Below the pieces are notes generated by a model. It ran no database searches. It worked only from the letters and a program-made list of their open reading frames with translations, and was not told the origin of the DNA. Shown one piece after another: positions 19,844-29,353 of a DNA stretch of 64,000 bases. Each line of letters starts with the position of its first letter. Within the stretch, counting starts at the first letter, position 1. The position numbers were made by a program, and so were the translations under genes. Origin of the DNA: Myxococcota bacterium (lineage in GTDB: Bacteria; Myxococcota; XYA12-FULL-58-9; JABJBS01); contig JAYZAY010000033.1 of NCBI GenBank assembly GCA_036339465.1, positions 32,001 to 96,000 on the forward strand. The letters are read 5' to 3'.

Positions 19844-20374
19844 TTAGGGGCGATATTCCGCCACCGATTCTACGGGATGTAGGGTCTCATAGATCCGCGT
19901 ATACACAATAGATACACGGTCATTGGCCAACTGCCGATGCGCCAAAGAATAAAGCCATTGAGCTAAACGCTCGCTCGTGGGCGTGAACGGAAAAACGGCC
20001 ACCTTTAATCCACCGGGATATTTGAGTTGCGCCCCCTCTAAGCAAAGCTCGGGAAAAGATTCTTCCCCCAAGTGGCCATGCACCACTTTTCGACTTTCCA
20101 GTAACTTTTCTCCGATGGGTTTCAGTAGAGTCTCGACATCGAAATAAGTATCTTCGCCAACGGCCAAACTATGGTCCAATAGGGCCTCACAGGGCTTTAG
20201 AATTCGCTGTGATAAATCACCAAAATCGACCACAAATCCCTGTGGGTCAAGAAACTCAGCCCCACAACCCACCTCAAATTTCCAAGTGTGACCATGAAGA
20301 TTAATACAAGCCCCCAAATGGCCACGGACGTGGTGCGCAAAGTCTAGGTCTACGCTTCGATGAATCACAAACAC
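19844..20374 (-). CDS. queD: 6-carboxytetrahydropterin synthase (QueD/PTPS family)
   Basis: FAHH, CINLHGHTW, VVDFGDL, LDH, PTSERLA and YET. GAGGAG precedes GTG 20374. Confidence 0.88.
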   Translation of the reverse strand: MFVIHRSVDLDFAHHVRGHLGACINLHGHTWKFEVGCGAEFLDPQGFVVDFGDLSQRILKPCEALLDHSLAVGEDTYFDVETLLKPIGEKLLESRKVVHGHLGEESFPELCLEGAQLKYPGGLKVAVFPFTPTSERLAQWLYSLAHRQLANDRVSIVYTRIYETLHPVESVAEYRP

Positions 20375-20812
20375 CAAACTACTCCTCAAAACCCCCGTGT
20401 CCCCTGCCTACGGAAGCCGCCTACCAGCCACTTGCAGCCCCGTCAACCGCTCTTACCCAGGGCCCATGGTTTAGTCTCTTTCTATTTACTTGAGCTAAAA
20501 CCTGGGGTTGTACGATGATTCACCCATTGACCAACTGTGCCCCCCCTTGCTTACCGGATCTGTCCCCCACATTTCTGGGGCTCTCTTTCCTCGTTTTAAA
20601 TTGCACATCATCCCACAATTTCAGACTCCGAGGCCAATCGCTTAAACCCCCGGACCAAATGGCCCGATATATCACCTCCTATGTTCAAATCACCCCACTA
20701 AAGTATGCAATCGAAGTATCCCCTTCGAAATCCAAAATCCTTAAAGGCGCCATGAAAGTATTGAGAGTGTGTGACCTAGGCCTATTTCCCAACGCATGAC
20801 ATACCACCGATT

Positions 20813-21814
20813 CTAACTGAACCAGCCCGCCGCTTCCAAGGCAGCGTAGGTCAGAATCATATCCGCCCCCGCTCGCTTCAACGAAATAAGAGATTCCCGC
20901 ATCGTCGACTCATACTCCAGCCATCCCTGCTGAGCTGCAGCGTGGAGCATACTGTACTCACCACTTACCTGGTAGACAGCGGTAGGGACCAAGAAAGTAT
21001 CTTTCACGCGTCGCACGATGTCGAGATAGGGTAATCCAGGCTTAACCATCACCATGTCCGCCCCCTCATCTAAATCCGACGCAACCTCCCTCAAAGCCTC
21101 ATCGGTATTGCGCGGATCCATCTGATAAGTACGTTTATCTGCTTTCCCTAGACTGGTCTTAGACCCCACCGCATCTCGAAATGGTCCATAATATGAAGAA
21201 GCATACTTCGCCGCATAGGAAAGGATGAGGGTGTTTTGGTGGCCATTGTTATCCAAAGCTCTACGTATTTCACCAATGCGGCCATCCATCATGTCCGACG
21301 GGGCAATCACATCACAACCTGCATTTGCTTGGGCGACCGCTTGCTTTGTCAAAACCTTTACGGTTTCGTCATTGAGAATCTGGCCGTCCTTCATCAAACC
21401 ATCCTGCCCGTGAGACGTAAACGGATCCAAGGCCACATCACAAATAATCCCAAGGTCCAATCCCAATTCCTTAATTGAGCGAACCGAGCGGCACACAAGA
21501 TTGTTCTCATCATAAGCTGCCCTAGCATCCTCCGATTTATCTCTTGCATCGACAACCGGAAAAACCGCAAGCCCTGTAATACCCAAATCTGCGGCCCGCC
21601 GACTCATCTCCTGAAGTCCCATAATAGAATAGCGTTTCACGCCGGGCATGGATGGTACATCAACCTCTGTATCGAACTCATGAACAAACACAGGATAGAT
21701 TAAGTCAGAAGGTGATAGGATGGTTTCAGCCACGGCTTCGCGGATCCATTGATGCGCCCGTCGGCGACGATGTCGCAACTCAGGATAACGTGCTCTAGAA
21801 CTGGCCCAAGCCAT
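20813..21814 (-). CDS. hemB: Porphobilinogen synthase (Asp-rich, non-Zn type)
   Basis: DVALDPFTSHGQDG, APSDMMDGR, SSYYGPFRDA, MVKPG and YQVSGEY. GGAGG precedes ATG 21814. Confidence 0.97.
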   Translation of the reverse strand: MAWASSRARYPELRHRRRRAHQWIREAVAETILSPSDLIYPVFVHEFDTEVDVPSMPGVKRYSIMGLQEMSRRAADLGITGLAVFPVVDARDKSEDARAAYDENNLVCRSVRSIKELGLDLGIICDVALDPFTSHGQDGLMKDGQILNDETVKVLTKQAVAQANAGCDVIAPSDMMDGRIGEIRRALDNNGHQNTLILSYAAKYASSYYGPFRDAVGSKTSLGKADKRTYQMDPRNTDEALREVASDLDEGADMVMVKPGLPYLDIVRRVKDTFLVPTAVYQVSGEYSMLHAAAQQGWLEYESTMRESLISLKRAGADMILTYAALEAAGWFS

Positions 21815-21943
21815 ACTCAACCTCCATGAAATGAATAGGGCGCGAGTATCAGAAAACTCATTCCACCTGCAAGTAAGTCTTAGATGGCAGCGACAATGGG
21901 GAGTAGGCAATGGGGAGGCACCCCCGTGGCAAAATGACTCACC

Positions 21944-22453
21944 TCAAGGCTGGCTGGTACCTGCCAAGGCTTTCACCAATGCACCGCTGGTCCAACGAAG
22001 CCGAATACTAAGGGTCCGCGCAATCTTCTCCACAATGGTGAGTGCAACTTCAGCCTCATCCACCCTTAGGAGTTCGTAGTTCGAACCCGATAAAACCAAT
22101 AATTCAGTGGCTTGGTTCGCGCGCGCCGTAGCTGACCTGGGCTGTTGATCCAATAAAGACTGCTCTCCTACGATATTTCCCTTCGGAATGGTGGCTATAA
22201 CCTGCTCTTCATCGTCCAAATCCTGCTTTAGAATATCAACCTTTCCTTGAATGATGATCGCCAGAAAACGATCATGGTCATGCTCTTCAAAGATATTCTG
22301 GCCTTCGGGCACTCGATAAAACGACAAATATGTCGCCAACGTATAAACTTCGTCCCATTCCATGTCCCGGGCCCACCGACACGAGTCCAGCATTCCTTCC
22401 ATCTCTTTGGGCGTCGGCTGGGCCGCCTCATACAAACCAATTCGGGAAACCAT
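21944..22453 (-). CDS. Stand-alone cyclic nucleotide-binding domain protein
   Basis: IIQGKVDI...GEQSLLDQQPRSATARA cNMP motif, with no C-terminal HTH. Confidence 0.88.
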   Translation of the reverse strand: MVSRIGLYEAAQPTPKEMEGMLDSCRWARDMEWDEVYTLATYLSFYRVPEGQNIFEEHDHDRFLAIIIQGKVDILKQDLDDEEQVIATIPKGNIVGEQSLLDQQPRSATARANQATELLVLSGSNYELLRVDEAEVALTIVEKIARTLSIRLRWTSGALVKALAGTSQP

Positions 22454-22662
22454 TCAATCCTCCCCAATCTAACTGACTCAGTGACTACAATTTCACACCT
22501 CTTGGTATAGTACCTCGATTGCGATTTGAAATCACCCTTGATAACGCACCAGAAAGACTGCATATCTCGAACAAAACTCGAGACAGTGGACCTTTACCCA
22601 TGTATAACCAAAACTTCTGGGTAATCCCTAATGCCGCAACGCATTGGAAACAAGGAATCAAG

Positions 22663-23712
22663 ATGTTCAGTTCAACTGATGATGTTCGCATCGAGCAATT
22701 GAAGCCCCTCATACCGCCCGCTATCCTCATGGAGGAGCTTCCTATTTTTGCGGCTGCAGAAAAAACAGTGAAAGAAGCACGTCAAGCGGTGGGCGATATC
22801 CTCGAGGGCAAAGACAAGCGGCTCTTAGTGGTCGTCGGCCCCTGCTCGATTCACGATCCCCATGCAGCCATTGAATACGGAGAACGTTTGGGCGAGCTTC
22901 GCAAAGCCCTGAACAACGAATTGTTCATTGTTATGCGCGTCTATTTCGAAAAGCCTCGAACCACCATCGGCTGGAAGGGTCTCATCAACGACCCACATCT
23001 CAATAATTCCTTTGCAATCAATTCCGGCCTCCGTATCGCCAGAAAACTCCTCCTCGACCTCCTCGACCTCGGAGTCCCACCCGGCACCGAATTTCTAGAT
23101 ACCATCAGCCCACAGTTCATCGCGGATTTGGTTTCATGGGGAGCCATCGGAGCCCGGACCACTGAAAGCCAAATCCATCGAGAATTAGCCTCCGGCCTAT
23201 CCATGCCTGTAGGTTTCAAAAACGGTACCGACGGTAACACAGAAATCGCCATCGCAGCCATTCAGGCAGCAAACAACCCCCACCATTTCTTGTCGGTAAC
23301 AAAACAGAGCATCGCCGCCATTGTGGCCACCAAAGGCAACCCCAATTGCCACGTCATTCTCCGGGGCTCCAATCAGGGCCCAAACTTTGGCCACGCCGCC
23401 GTAGCCCAGGCCGCTCAGAACCTGCAAAAAGCCGGACTCACACCCCAGGTCATGGTAGACTGCAGCCACGGCAACAGTCGCAAAAGACATAAACAACAAA
23501 TCGAAGTGGTAAGTGATATTCAAGGTCAATTAGCCCAAAAAGATTGTCCCATTATGGGCATCATGCTCGAAAGCAACCTCCAAGAGGGCCGTCAAAATGC
23601 AAGCCCCGGCCAACAGTTGGCTTACGGACAAAGTATAACCGACGCTTGTTTGGGTTGGGATGATACCGTTGGCACCCTTGAAAGCTTGGCAAACTCCCTA
23701 GCACAACGCTAA
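22663..23712 (+). CDS. aroG: DAHP synthase, class I alpha (AroF/G/H type)
   Basis: GPCSIHD, RVYFEKPRTTIGWKG, IGARTTESQ and DCSHGNS. AAGGA precedes ATG 22663. Which isozyme it is cannot be determined. Confidence 0.93.
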   Translation: MFSSTDDVRIEQLKPLIPPAILMEELPIFAAAEKTVKEARQAVGDILEGKDKRLLVVVGPCSIHDPHAAIEYGERLGELRKALNNELFIVMRVYFEKPRTTIGWKGLINDPHLNNSFAINSGLRIARKLLLDLLDLGVPPGTEFLDTISPQFIADLVSWGAIGARTTESQIHRELASGLSMPVGFKNGTDGNTEIAIAAIQAANNPHHFLSVTKQSIAAIVATKGNPNCHVILRGSNQGPNFGHAAVAQAAQNLQKAGLTPQVMVDCSHGNSRKRHKQQIEVVSDIQGQLAQKDCPIMGIMLESNLQEGRQNASPGQQLAYGQSITDACLGWDDTVGTLESLANSLAQR

Positions 23713-23747
23713 TGTCTCTTGCCAATTGCCCAAAAACCCTCCCCGCT

Positions 23748-24512
23748 CTATGGCTGACCAGCTTGGTCGCTGGCAAAAGTCGCGGCGTTGTAAGCGTCGA
23801 TATAAAAGGTAGCCACGGCTAAAAGCCGAATGGCGACCCCACCGGCGGGAAGAGGTGTTCGGTCCCCTGGATCCAACGTCAAGTCCAATTCGGAGCTTAG
23901 CCGGATCGAAAACTCTTTAGTTTCATCCATAAGTTGGGCGGTGAAAAACGTTTCTCCGCCTTCAATAAAGGTGAACTCTTTGTCTCCAACTTTTCCCGCT
24001 TCGACCTTCTCTATGTACCCAATGGTTCTCCAAACTTCTTTATCGTAGGATTTTGCGTCTTTTTTATCAGCAAGCTGTAACTTTATTGGTGGAAGCGCCA
24101 TCGTTAAACTATTTTCGTCAATTCTCAATTTAAGACTATTGAGTTCTACCCTCCTGATAATGTTTGTAGCATCGGTGATCATCTCCACAGACTTCTCATT
24201 GCCACCCACCGTTTGGTCCAAGAGTTCCGTGAACGAAAATCCGACAGGTGGACTGGAAACCGCACGTAAAATCTCGATATTAGGGAGGTTTTCACTCCAC
24301 TGGGTTGGCATCTCACTCTTCTCAGCCAAAATCCCATGAGATTTAAGTAGGTCACCCGCTGCCTCGCGCGCGAAATCCAGATTGAAGGGCACCGTCATTT
24401 GATCGGTACGAACCTGAACAGGGATGCCTCCTCCGCAGCCGTTCAAGGAAAAGAGCCCCAAGATCACAACCCCCACTAAGCGTTTCCCGCCGGAAATAAC
24501 AATCGATTTCAT
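23748..24512 (-). CDS. Hypothetical lipoprotein
   Basis: GGAGG RBS and lipobox-like LNGC. Last gene of a three-gene operon. Confidence 0.75.
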   Translation of the reverse strand: MKSIVISGGKRLVGVVILGLFSLNGCGGGIPVQVRTDQMTVPFNLDFAREAAGDLLKSHGILAEKSEMPTQWSENLPNIEILRAVSSPPVGFSFTELLDQTVGGNEKSVEMITDATNIIRRVELNSLKLRIDENSLTMALPPIKLQLADKKDAKSYDKEVWRTIGYIEKVEAGKVGDKEFTFIEGGETFFTAQLMDETKEFSIRLSSELDLTLDPGDRTPLPAGGVAIRLLAVATFYIDAYNAATFASDQAGQP

Positions 24513-24528
24513 CACTGCCTCCTTCCCT

Positions 24529-27144
24529 CTATTGAATCGTAACATTGGGACTGTCCTTTAAAGTGTTGAAGAACGCCTTCATCGCATCAATGGCATCGGA
24601 CTCTTCAAAAGTAACGAAATGTGGGTCGCCGCTAGGAGACCCACTGGCATTATGATACACCACCCGCTTCACCGCTGCTGTCACACCATTGAGATTGTTC
24701 GACGCTTTCGTGGTTGTTGATACACCCGCCATCGCACTATCGGTATCGGCCTTATTAATAAGCGGTACCTCGGCGGCCGTGAAAAAGGCACTTTGGGTTG
24801 CATCCGGCGTATAACCATCGCCAATACCCGAGAGAATTAGCGTCGGGACCTTAAACACCTCGGAAGCATAACTGATCATATCCGCCGACGAAAACATGGC
24901 CCCAAAAAGACCTAAGATCGGATGCACTCTACCCAAGGACTGATCCCCTAAGAGAGGTCCAATACTCGCACGCACATCCAAGGGCTGCTTTTTGTTGAGC
25001 ACCGAAAGCGCCAAATCTCCTCCAATGCCGCTCAAAACCACACCACTCAAGTCTCCTTGATCAAGTGTCGCCAAAAAGGTGGGAGAAACCACTGCCCCTT
25101 GGGAATGTCCGAAAAAGAAAATACGCTCCGTATCTAGATTCACCACCTCACCATTGGCGGTGGTGATCTTTTTCACGGTCTTAATAAGCTTCAAAAGATA
25201 CATCAGGTCCGCGCCGCCTTGGAAAACATTTCCCCTCGACGCAGCCGGATTGAAGATATTGAAAAATAGTTGGCCTCCCAATTGGTCGGCCACGAGAGAT
25301 AGAGCTGTCATATCCGCAGCCCCATCACCCTGCTCACTCGCCCGGGTACCGTGCATCACATTATCATATCCAATCACCACAAAACCGGCTTCAGCCAAGG
25401 CTGCCGTTTGATCCGCAAACATGGACACAAAACTTCCACCGGTTCCATGGGCATAAATAATCACCGGCAGAGCTTGGTCTCTTGCCGTAGGCACGGCAGC
25501 AGAGAAACAGATCTCTTCTCTTTCGGTGGTTTCAAAATCGATATCCCCACCCTCTGCGAGATAAGGGCGCGTTCCGACTTGCCACCGAGGCGCCGAGTAA
25601 GCTCCCTGCCAACGCTCGTAACTTGCGGAACCACTTGTATTGCAACCGCGGGTGTCCAAACCCAATTCCTTAGCCAAAACCGCGGTAATATCTCCATCGA
25701 GGCCGGGAATGTTAATTTTTGCGAGGTCGGAACACTGCGCGATCTTCGAGGACGTTTCACCCTTATTGCAATTGCCCACTCCGTCAAAGGAATGCACAAT
25801 CCCTGGCCCGGTAGCACCCTTCACCGCGTTCTTAAATTTCCATGCAACGGAGGTGGGGCTAGAGGTTGTAAAAACAGTTGCGCCCACAACCGCACCTTTG
25901 GAAACCACCGCATTGGGGTCATCCAAATACGTGCGTAATTTTTCATATTTCGGCAAACTGCCCTTAAGAACTTCAGTAAAATGCGTGTCGGCCACCGCCC
26001 GTGTTCCCTTCCAATTTTTAATTCCATTGGTGACAATCGCCGCGTAGCTCGTACCGGGTTTCAGTAAGGTCCCATCCGCAGGGGTAACCCCCACCCAATT
26101 ATTGCAAATATATTGCCCCGATTTCCGACCCGTTCTTAATTGTAGCGAAATAGGATCTTCTGTCTTGTCTAGATTGACCAGATAAACGGTGGGTTTGTCC
26201 GTCTTCCCACAAAAATTCCCCTCACTTCCCGCCAAATCCGGGGCACCTACCTCGCCCGTAAAGCTCAGCCCCGCACCAAAGACAGTTGAAGCGTAGGTCT
26301 CAACGGTACTCATCATCGGATACCGCGATTCCCCTTCACCGACACAGAGGCTTTCTGCATCAATCAAATCACTGAAACGAAAAAAGATCATGGGATTGAG
26401 GGGATACCCACCCGCCAATGTTTCTGCCGCTCCTAAGTAAGCATCTTTAACCTTGATACCAAAAGCCTCGCCGGAGGCAACATGGCCACTCAATAAGAGC
26501 TTTTCGCCATCACGCCGAATATCATTGGGAAACGGCAAACGGTAAAACTCAAAATTGTCGGGAGCTTGGGTTGTCCCATCTAAGATATCTTCACTGGGGA
26601 TTTCAAAGAAAGCTCGAAAGTCCCCTGTGTCATTATCGGACTGAGAACAAAGAGCTGGTTTGTAATCAGGTAACCGAGAGCATTTTCCATTCACGCCACA
26701 GAAGAGAGGAAGCCGACAATCGAGAGTGAGGGTTTTGCACTCCTCTCCGAAGCCCTTTGCTCCATAAAACTCCGTGGGCAAATTTAGGTTTTTAGACCCG
26801 GGGCAGTCGTCGACAATATCCAATTCGTTACCATCCTGACTGGTACATTTACCGCACATAGCGTTACAGACCAGCCCATCTTGACACTCCCATGATAGGG
26901 CACAGGAGTCTCCATAAACACTTTTATAAGCTTCAAGAGGGACTGCGTTCTCAAATTGAGAAACAACCGCCGTGCATATTTGTTCTGAGCATTCGAAACC
27001 TGCTTCACAGTCTAGGGTTTGAATGCACCCTTCTCCCTTCTTAGCCGTCGCCAGCGGATGGTCTCTATTTTCTTCGGTACATCCACTTAGACAGACAAAG
27101 GATACACAGGTCAGCACAGACATCACGCTATAGGCAAACCTCAT
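24529..27144 (-). CDS. Lipoprotein with Cys-rich repeats and a C-terminal alpha/beta-hydrolase (lipase-like) domain
   Basis: Lipobox LSGC, three GxxC..C..C..C repeats, LPFPND, YAHGTGG, nucleophile GHSQG, and GDGYTP and DPH as candidate triad residues. Confidence 0.85.
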   Translation of the reverse strand: MRFAYSVMSVLTCVSFVCLSGCTEENRDHPLATAKKGEGCIQTLDCEAGFECSEQICTAVVSQFENAVPLEAYKSVYGDSCALSWECQDGLVCNAMCGKCTSQDGNELDIVDDCPGSKNLNLPTEFYGAKGFGEECKTLTLDCRLPLFCGVNGKCSRLPDYKPALCSQSDNDTGDFRAFFEIPSEDILDGTTQAPDNFEFYRLPFPNDIRRDGEKLLLSGHVASGEAFGIKVKDAYLGAAETLAGGYPLNPMIFFRFSDLIDAESLCVGEGESRYPMMSTVETYASTVFGAGLSFTGEVGAPDLAGSEGNFCGKTDKPTVYLVNLDKTEDPISLQLRTGRKSGQYICNNWVGVTPADGTLLKPGTSYAAIVTNGIKNWKGTRAVADTHFTEVLKGSLPKYEKLRTYLDDPNAVVSKGAVVGATVFTTSSPTSVAWKFKNAVKGATGPGIVHSFDGVGNCNKGETSSKIAQCSDLAKINIPGLDGDITAVLAKELGLDTRGCNTSGSASYERWQGAYSAPRWQVGTRPYLAEGGDIDFETTEREEICFSAAVPTARDQALPVIIYAHGTGGSFVSMFADQTAALAEAGFVVIGYDNVMHGTRASEQGDGAADMTALSLVADQLGGQLFFNIFNPAASRGNVFQGGADLMYLLKLIKTVKKITTANGEVVNLDTERIFFFGHSQGAVVSPTFLATLDQGDLSGVVLSGIGGDLALSVLNKKQPLDVRASIGPLLGDQSLGRVHPILGLFGAMFSSADMISYASEVFKVPTLILSGIGDGYTPDATQSAFFTAAEVPLINKADTDSAMAGVSTTTKASNNLNGVTAAVKRVVYHNASGSPSGDPHFVTFEESDAIDAMKAFFNTLKDSPNVTIQ

Positions 27145-29129
27145 AGCGCACCTCCTTCCGTATTATGATCAGTTTGTGGAGCAGCTTCATCCTCAGCCAC
27201 TCCCAATGCACTCTCAGTTCCCTCAGTGGATTCAGCAACGACGTCCTGATCATCAAGATCCCGTGTATCGTCCGGGTCGGGAAAGTCTTGATCCACATCA
27301 TCATCGTCATAATTTGGAAATTCCCATCCCAACTCAATATCAAAATTCACCGTATGCACATTCTCGTAGAGCGTGCTGCTGGGATACAGCCTTTGCCACG
27401 TTTTATCGGCACCGGGAATGTTTTCGGTCCCTAGATGATACTCAGTCCCTGGCCCCTGGGTTTTTCGAAAAACCCGAGCGTAGTGTAAATTAAGAAAGAG
27501 GATAGGCAACACTTGAAGTCGAATCCCCCCCAACACGAAAGCATTTTCCTCATCCATAGAATCACCGGTGAACAGATCACCCATACTATTGGCATTATTC
27601 CTCATATAGGTGACAGAGAACTGAAGGATTTCGAGATAGGGCACTTCCAAGTGAACATAGAAACTCGAATCATCGTTTCCTGTAGAATCTTGAAGACCAA
27701 ACCCCGCGGATATTTTTTTATTGGTTCGAACCCCCCGAAATAATCCCCAAGAAAATTCTAAATTAAATCCATGACGGAATCCGTCCGCTGACCGTGTGAA
27801 ACCATTTTCTTCATCACCAAAAACCGCCTGGGCCTTGGTTGGTACTGCCTGATACATGTACCGTCTTGGAACAAAGCTGTATTTATTGACTTCATAAAAT
27901 GAGTCAAAGTAATCGGGCAAGAAGCCATCTCCATAGCCGATGTACTCTGCCCGAACCCGCAACGCATGAATATACTCTTCACCAAAATTAAGACGCCCCA
28001 AAACCCCCAAAGAGCTACCTACACCCCCACCCTCATTCATAAACTTGTGAACCGTGCCATAAAGCTTATAGTCGGTGGTTTTATCCTTAAGAAACTTGTA
28101 CTCGATGGATGTTCCCAAGGAATGAACAACACCGGTCCTTACAACCGGCAAACCCGACTTCTCGTGGGACCGAACAAAGGTCTGATTGAGCGATGAATCA
28201 TTGAGATCCGCTTGGTGCCCCCCACCACGTACACAGGTGTCATCACTCAAAGACTTCTGAACACACAAGGGCGCCTTTAGATCACTTAAGTATTCAATCC
28301 CCACCGAAAGACTTTTCTCATTAACATTATCGGAAACAAACGACAGGGGCTTAATGAACGCCAAGGCACCCAAGATTCGATTCGAAAAGGTCACGTCGTT
28401 CATCTGAAACTGAAAACCAGCATAATCATTGTAGGCATCAAACAGTAAACCCGTCATGGTTCGGTCGATGTCCATATTGGACTGATATTTGTCCATGACC
28501 AATGAGTGGCCAATGCTGGCTGGCCTTAAGCTATTGAGGCTGAGATAAAAACGGTCCTCTTTTCGTCCCATGGTCACAAAACGGATGATCTTGCCATAAT
28601 CAGAAACCTCGTCCCAATCTTGGCGTCGAATTTTCAGCCCACCATACTCGACTTCACCGGCACCCAATCGGCGTGCATCAACGGCCAAGAGACGTAAGGG
28701 AACATGGAATGAAAATGACAACGTCTTCGAATAGACCGCCAAACCCGGATCCAGAGTGGCATAGACATCCGCGTCTAGGACCTCTGCCCCCAAACGAAAA
28801 CCAAAATGGTCGTAGCGACTCAGTATTTGCCGAGTACCGGGATGAATTAAATGGCCCTTAATAAATTTGCGGCCCTTTATACTCGGTTCCACAAAGCCCG
28901 CACTTTCTTTGAAGACCTCCATAAAGGACTTTTCATCTTCCTCACTATTTTCGGGAATTGAATCGGTTCCGGTAGAAGCTTCGGAATTGTCCGTAGCGAT
29001 TCCATCTGGCGCTTCGTCCGCTTTTTCTTCCCCATCAGCCCCGAAGGCAACTCCAGAGGTGATCAAAAAGAACGCCCCCATGAAAACGAATAAGCGATTC
29101 AGTCTTGCTAAAATTATTCCAACCAACAT
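27141..29129 (-). CDS. Probable outer-membrane beta-barrel protein with acidic termini
   Basis: Signal-like N-terminus, alternating amphipathic strands ending FDIELGWEF, and an acidic tail. ATGA overlap with the next gene. Confidence 0.7.
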   Translation of the reverse strand: MLVGIILARLNRLFVFMGAFFLITSGVAFGADGEEKADEAPDGIATDNSEASTGTDSIPENSEEDEKSFMEVFKESAGFVEPSIKGRKFIKGHLIHPGTRQILSRYDHFGFRLGAEVLDADVYATLDPGLAVYSKTLSFSFHVPLRLLAVDARRLGAGEVEYGGLKIRRQDWDEVSDYGKIIRFVTMGRKEDRFYLSLNSLRPASIGHSLVMDKYQSNMDIDRTMTGLLFDAYNDYAGFQFQMNDVTFSNRILGALAFIKPLSFVSDNVNEKSLSVGIEYLSDLKAPLCVQKSLSDDTCVRGGGHQADLNDSSLNQTFVRSHEKSGLPVVRTGVVHSLGTSIEYKFLKDKTTDYKLYGTVHKFMNEGGGVGSSLGVLGRLNFGEEYIHALRVRAEYIGYGDGFLPDYFDSFYEVNKYSFVPRRYMYQAVPTKAQAVFGDEENGFTRSADGFRHGFNLEFSWGLFRGVRTNKKISAGFGLQDSTGNDDSSFYVHLEVPYLEILQFSVTYMRNNANSMGDLFTGDSMDEENAFVLGGIRLQVLPILFLNLHYARVFRKTQGPGTEYHLGTENIPGADKTWQRLYPSSTLYENVHTVNFDIELGWEFPNYDDDDVDQDFPDPDDTRDLDDQDVVAESTEGTESALGVAEDEAAPQTDHNTEGGAL

Positions 29130-29290
29130 GCCGCTCCCCAATGACCTCTCGCACCCCGAGGCGCCAAAAAATAACGAACGAAGAAATATCCAGTTAAGGA
29201 CATCACAACTTCGGCTTTGATTCAATCAAGCAAAGAGAGATTGGTCACAACAAATAAATGGCAAAAAGAGAGAGAGAAAGTAACAAGCGA

Positions 29291-29303
29291 TATCAATAAC
29301 TTA
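29291..29303. promoter_or_regulatory. IHF-like site
   Basis: TATCAATAACTTA matches WATCAANNNNTTR in intergenic DNA. Confidence 0.3.
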
Positions 29304-29353
29304 TATTTTCTTTGAAGAAGCCATGAAGGCAAAGGTGGTCAAAGGTATGATGA

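Noticed and set aside
27160..27310. Asp-rich repetitive DNA at the end of the barrel gene
   Set aside because: Explained by a low-complexity acidic protein tail.
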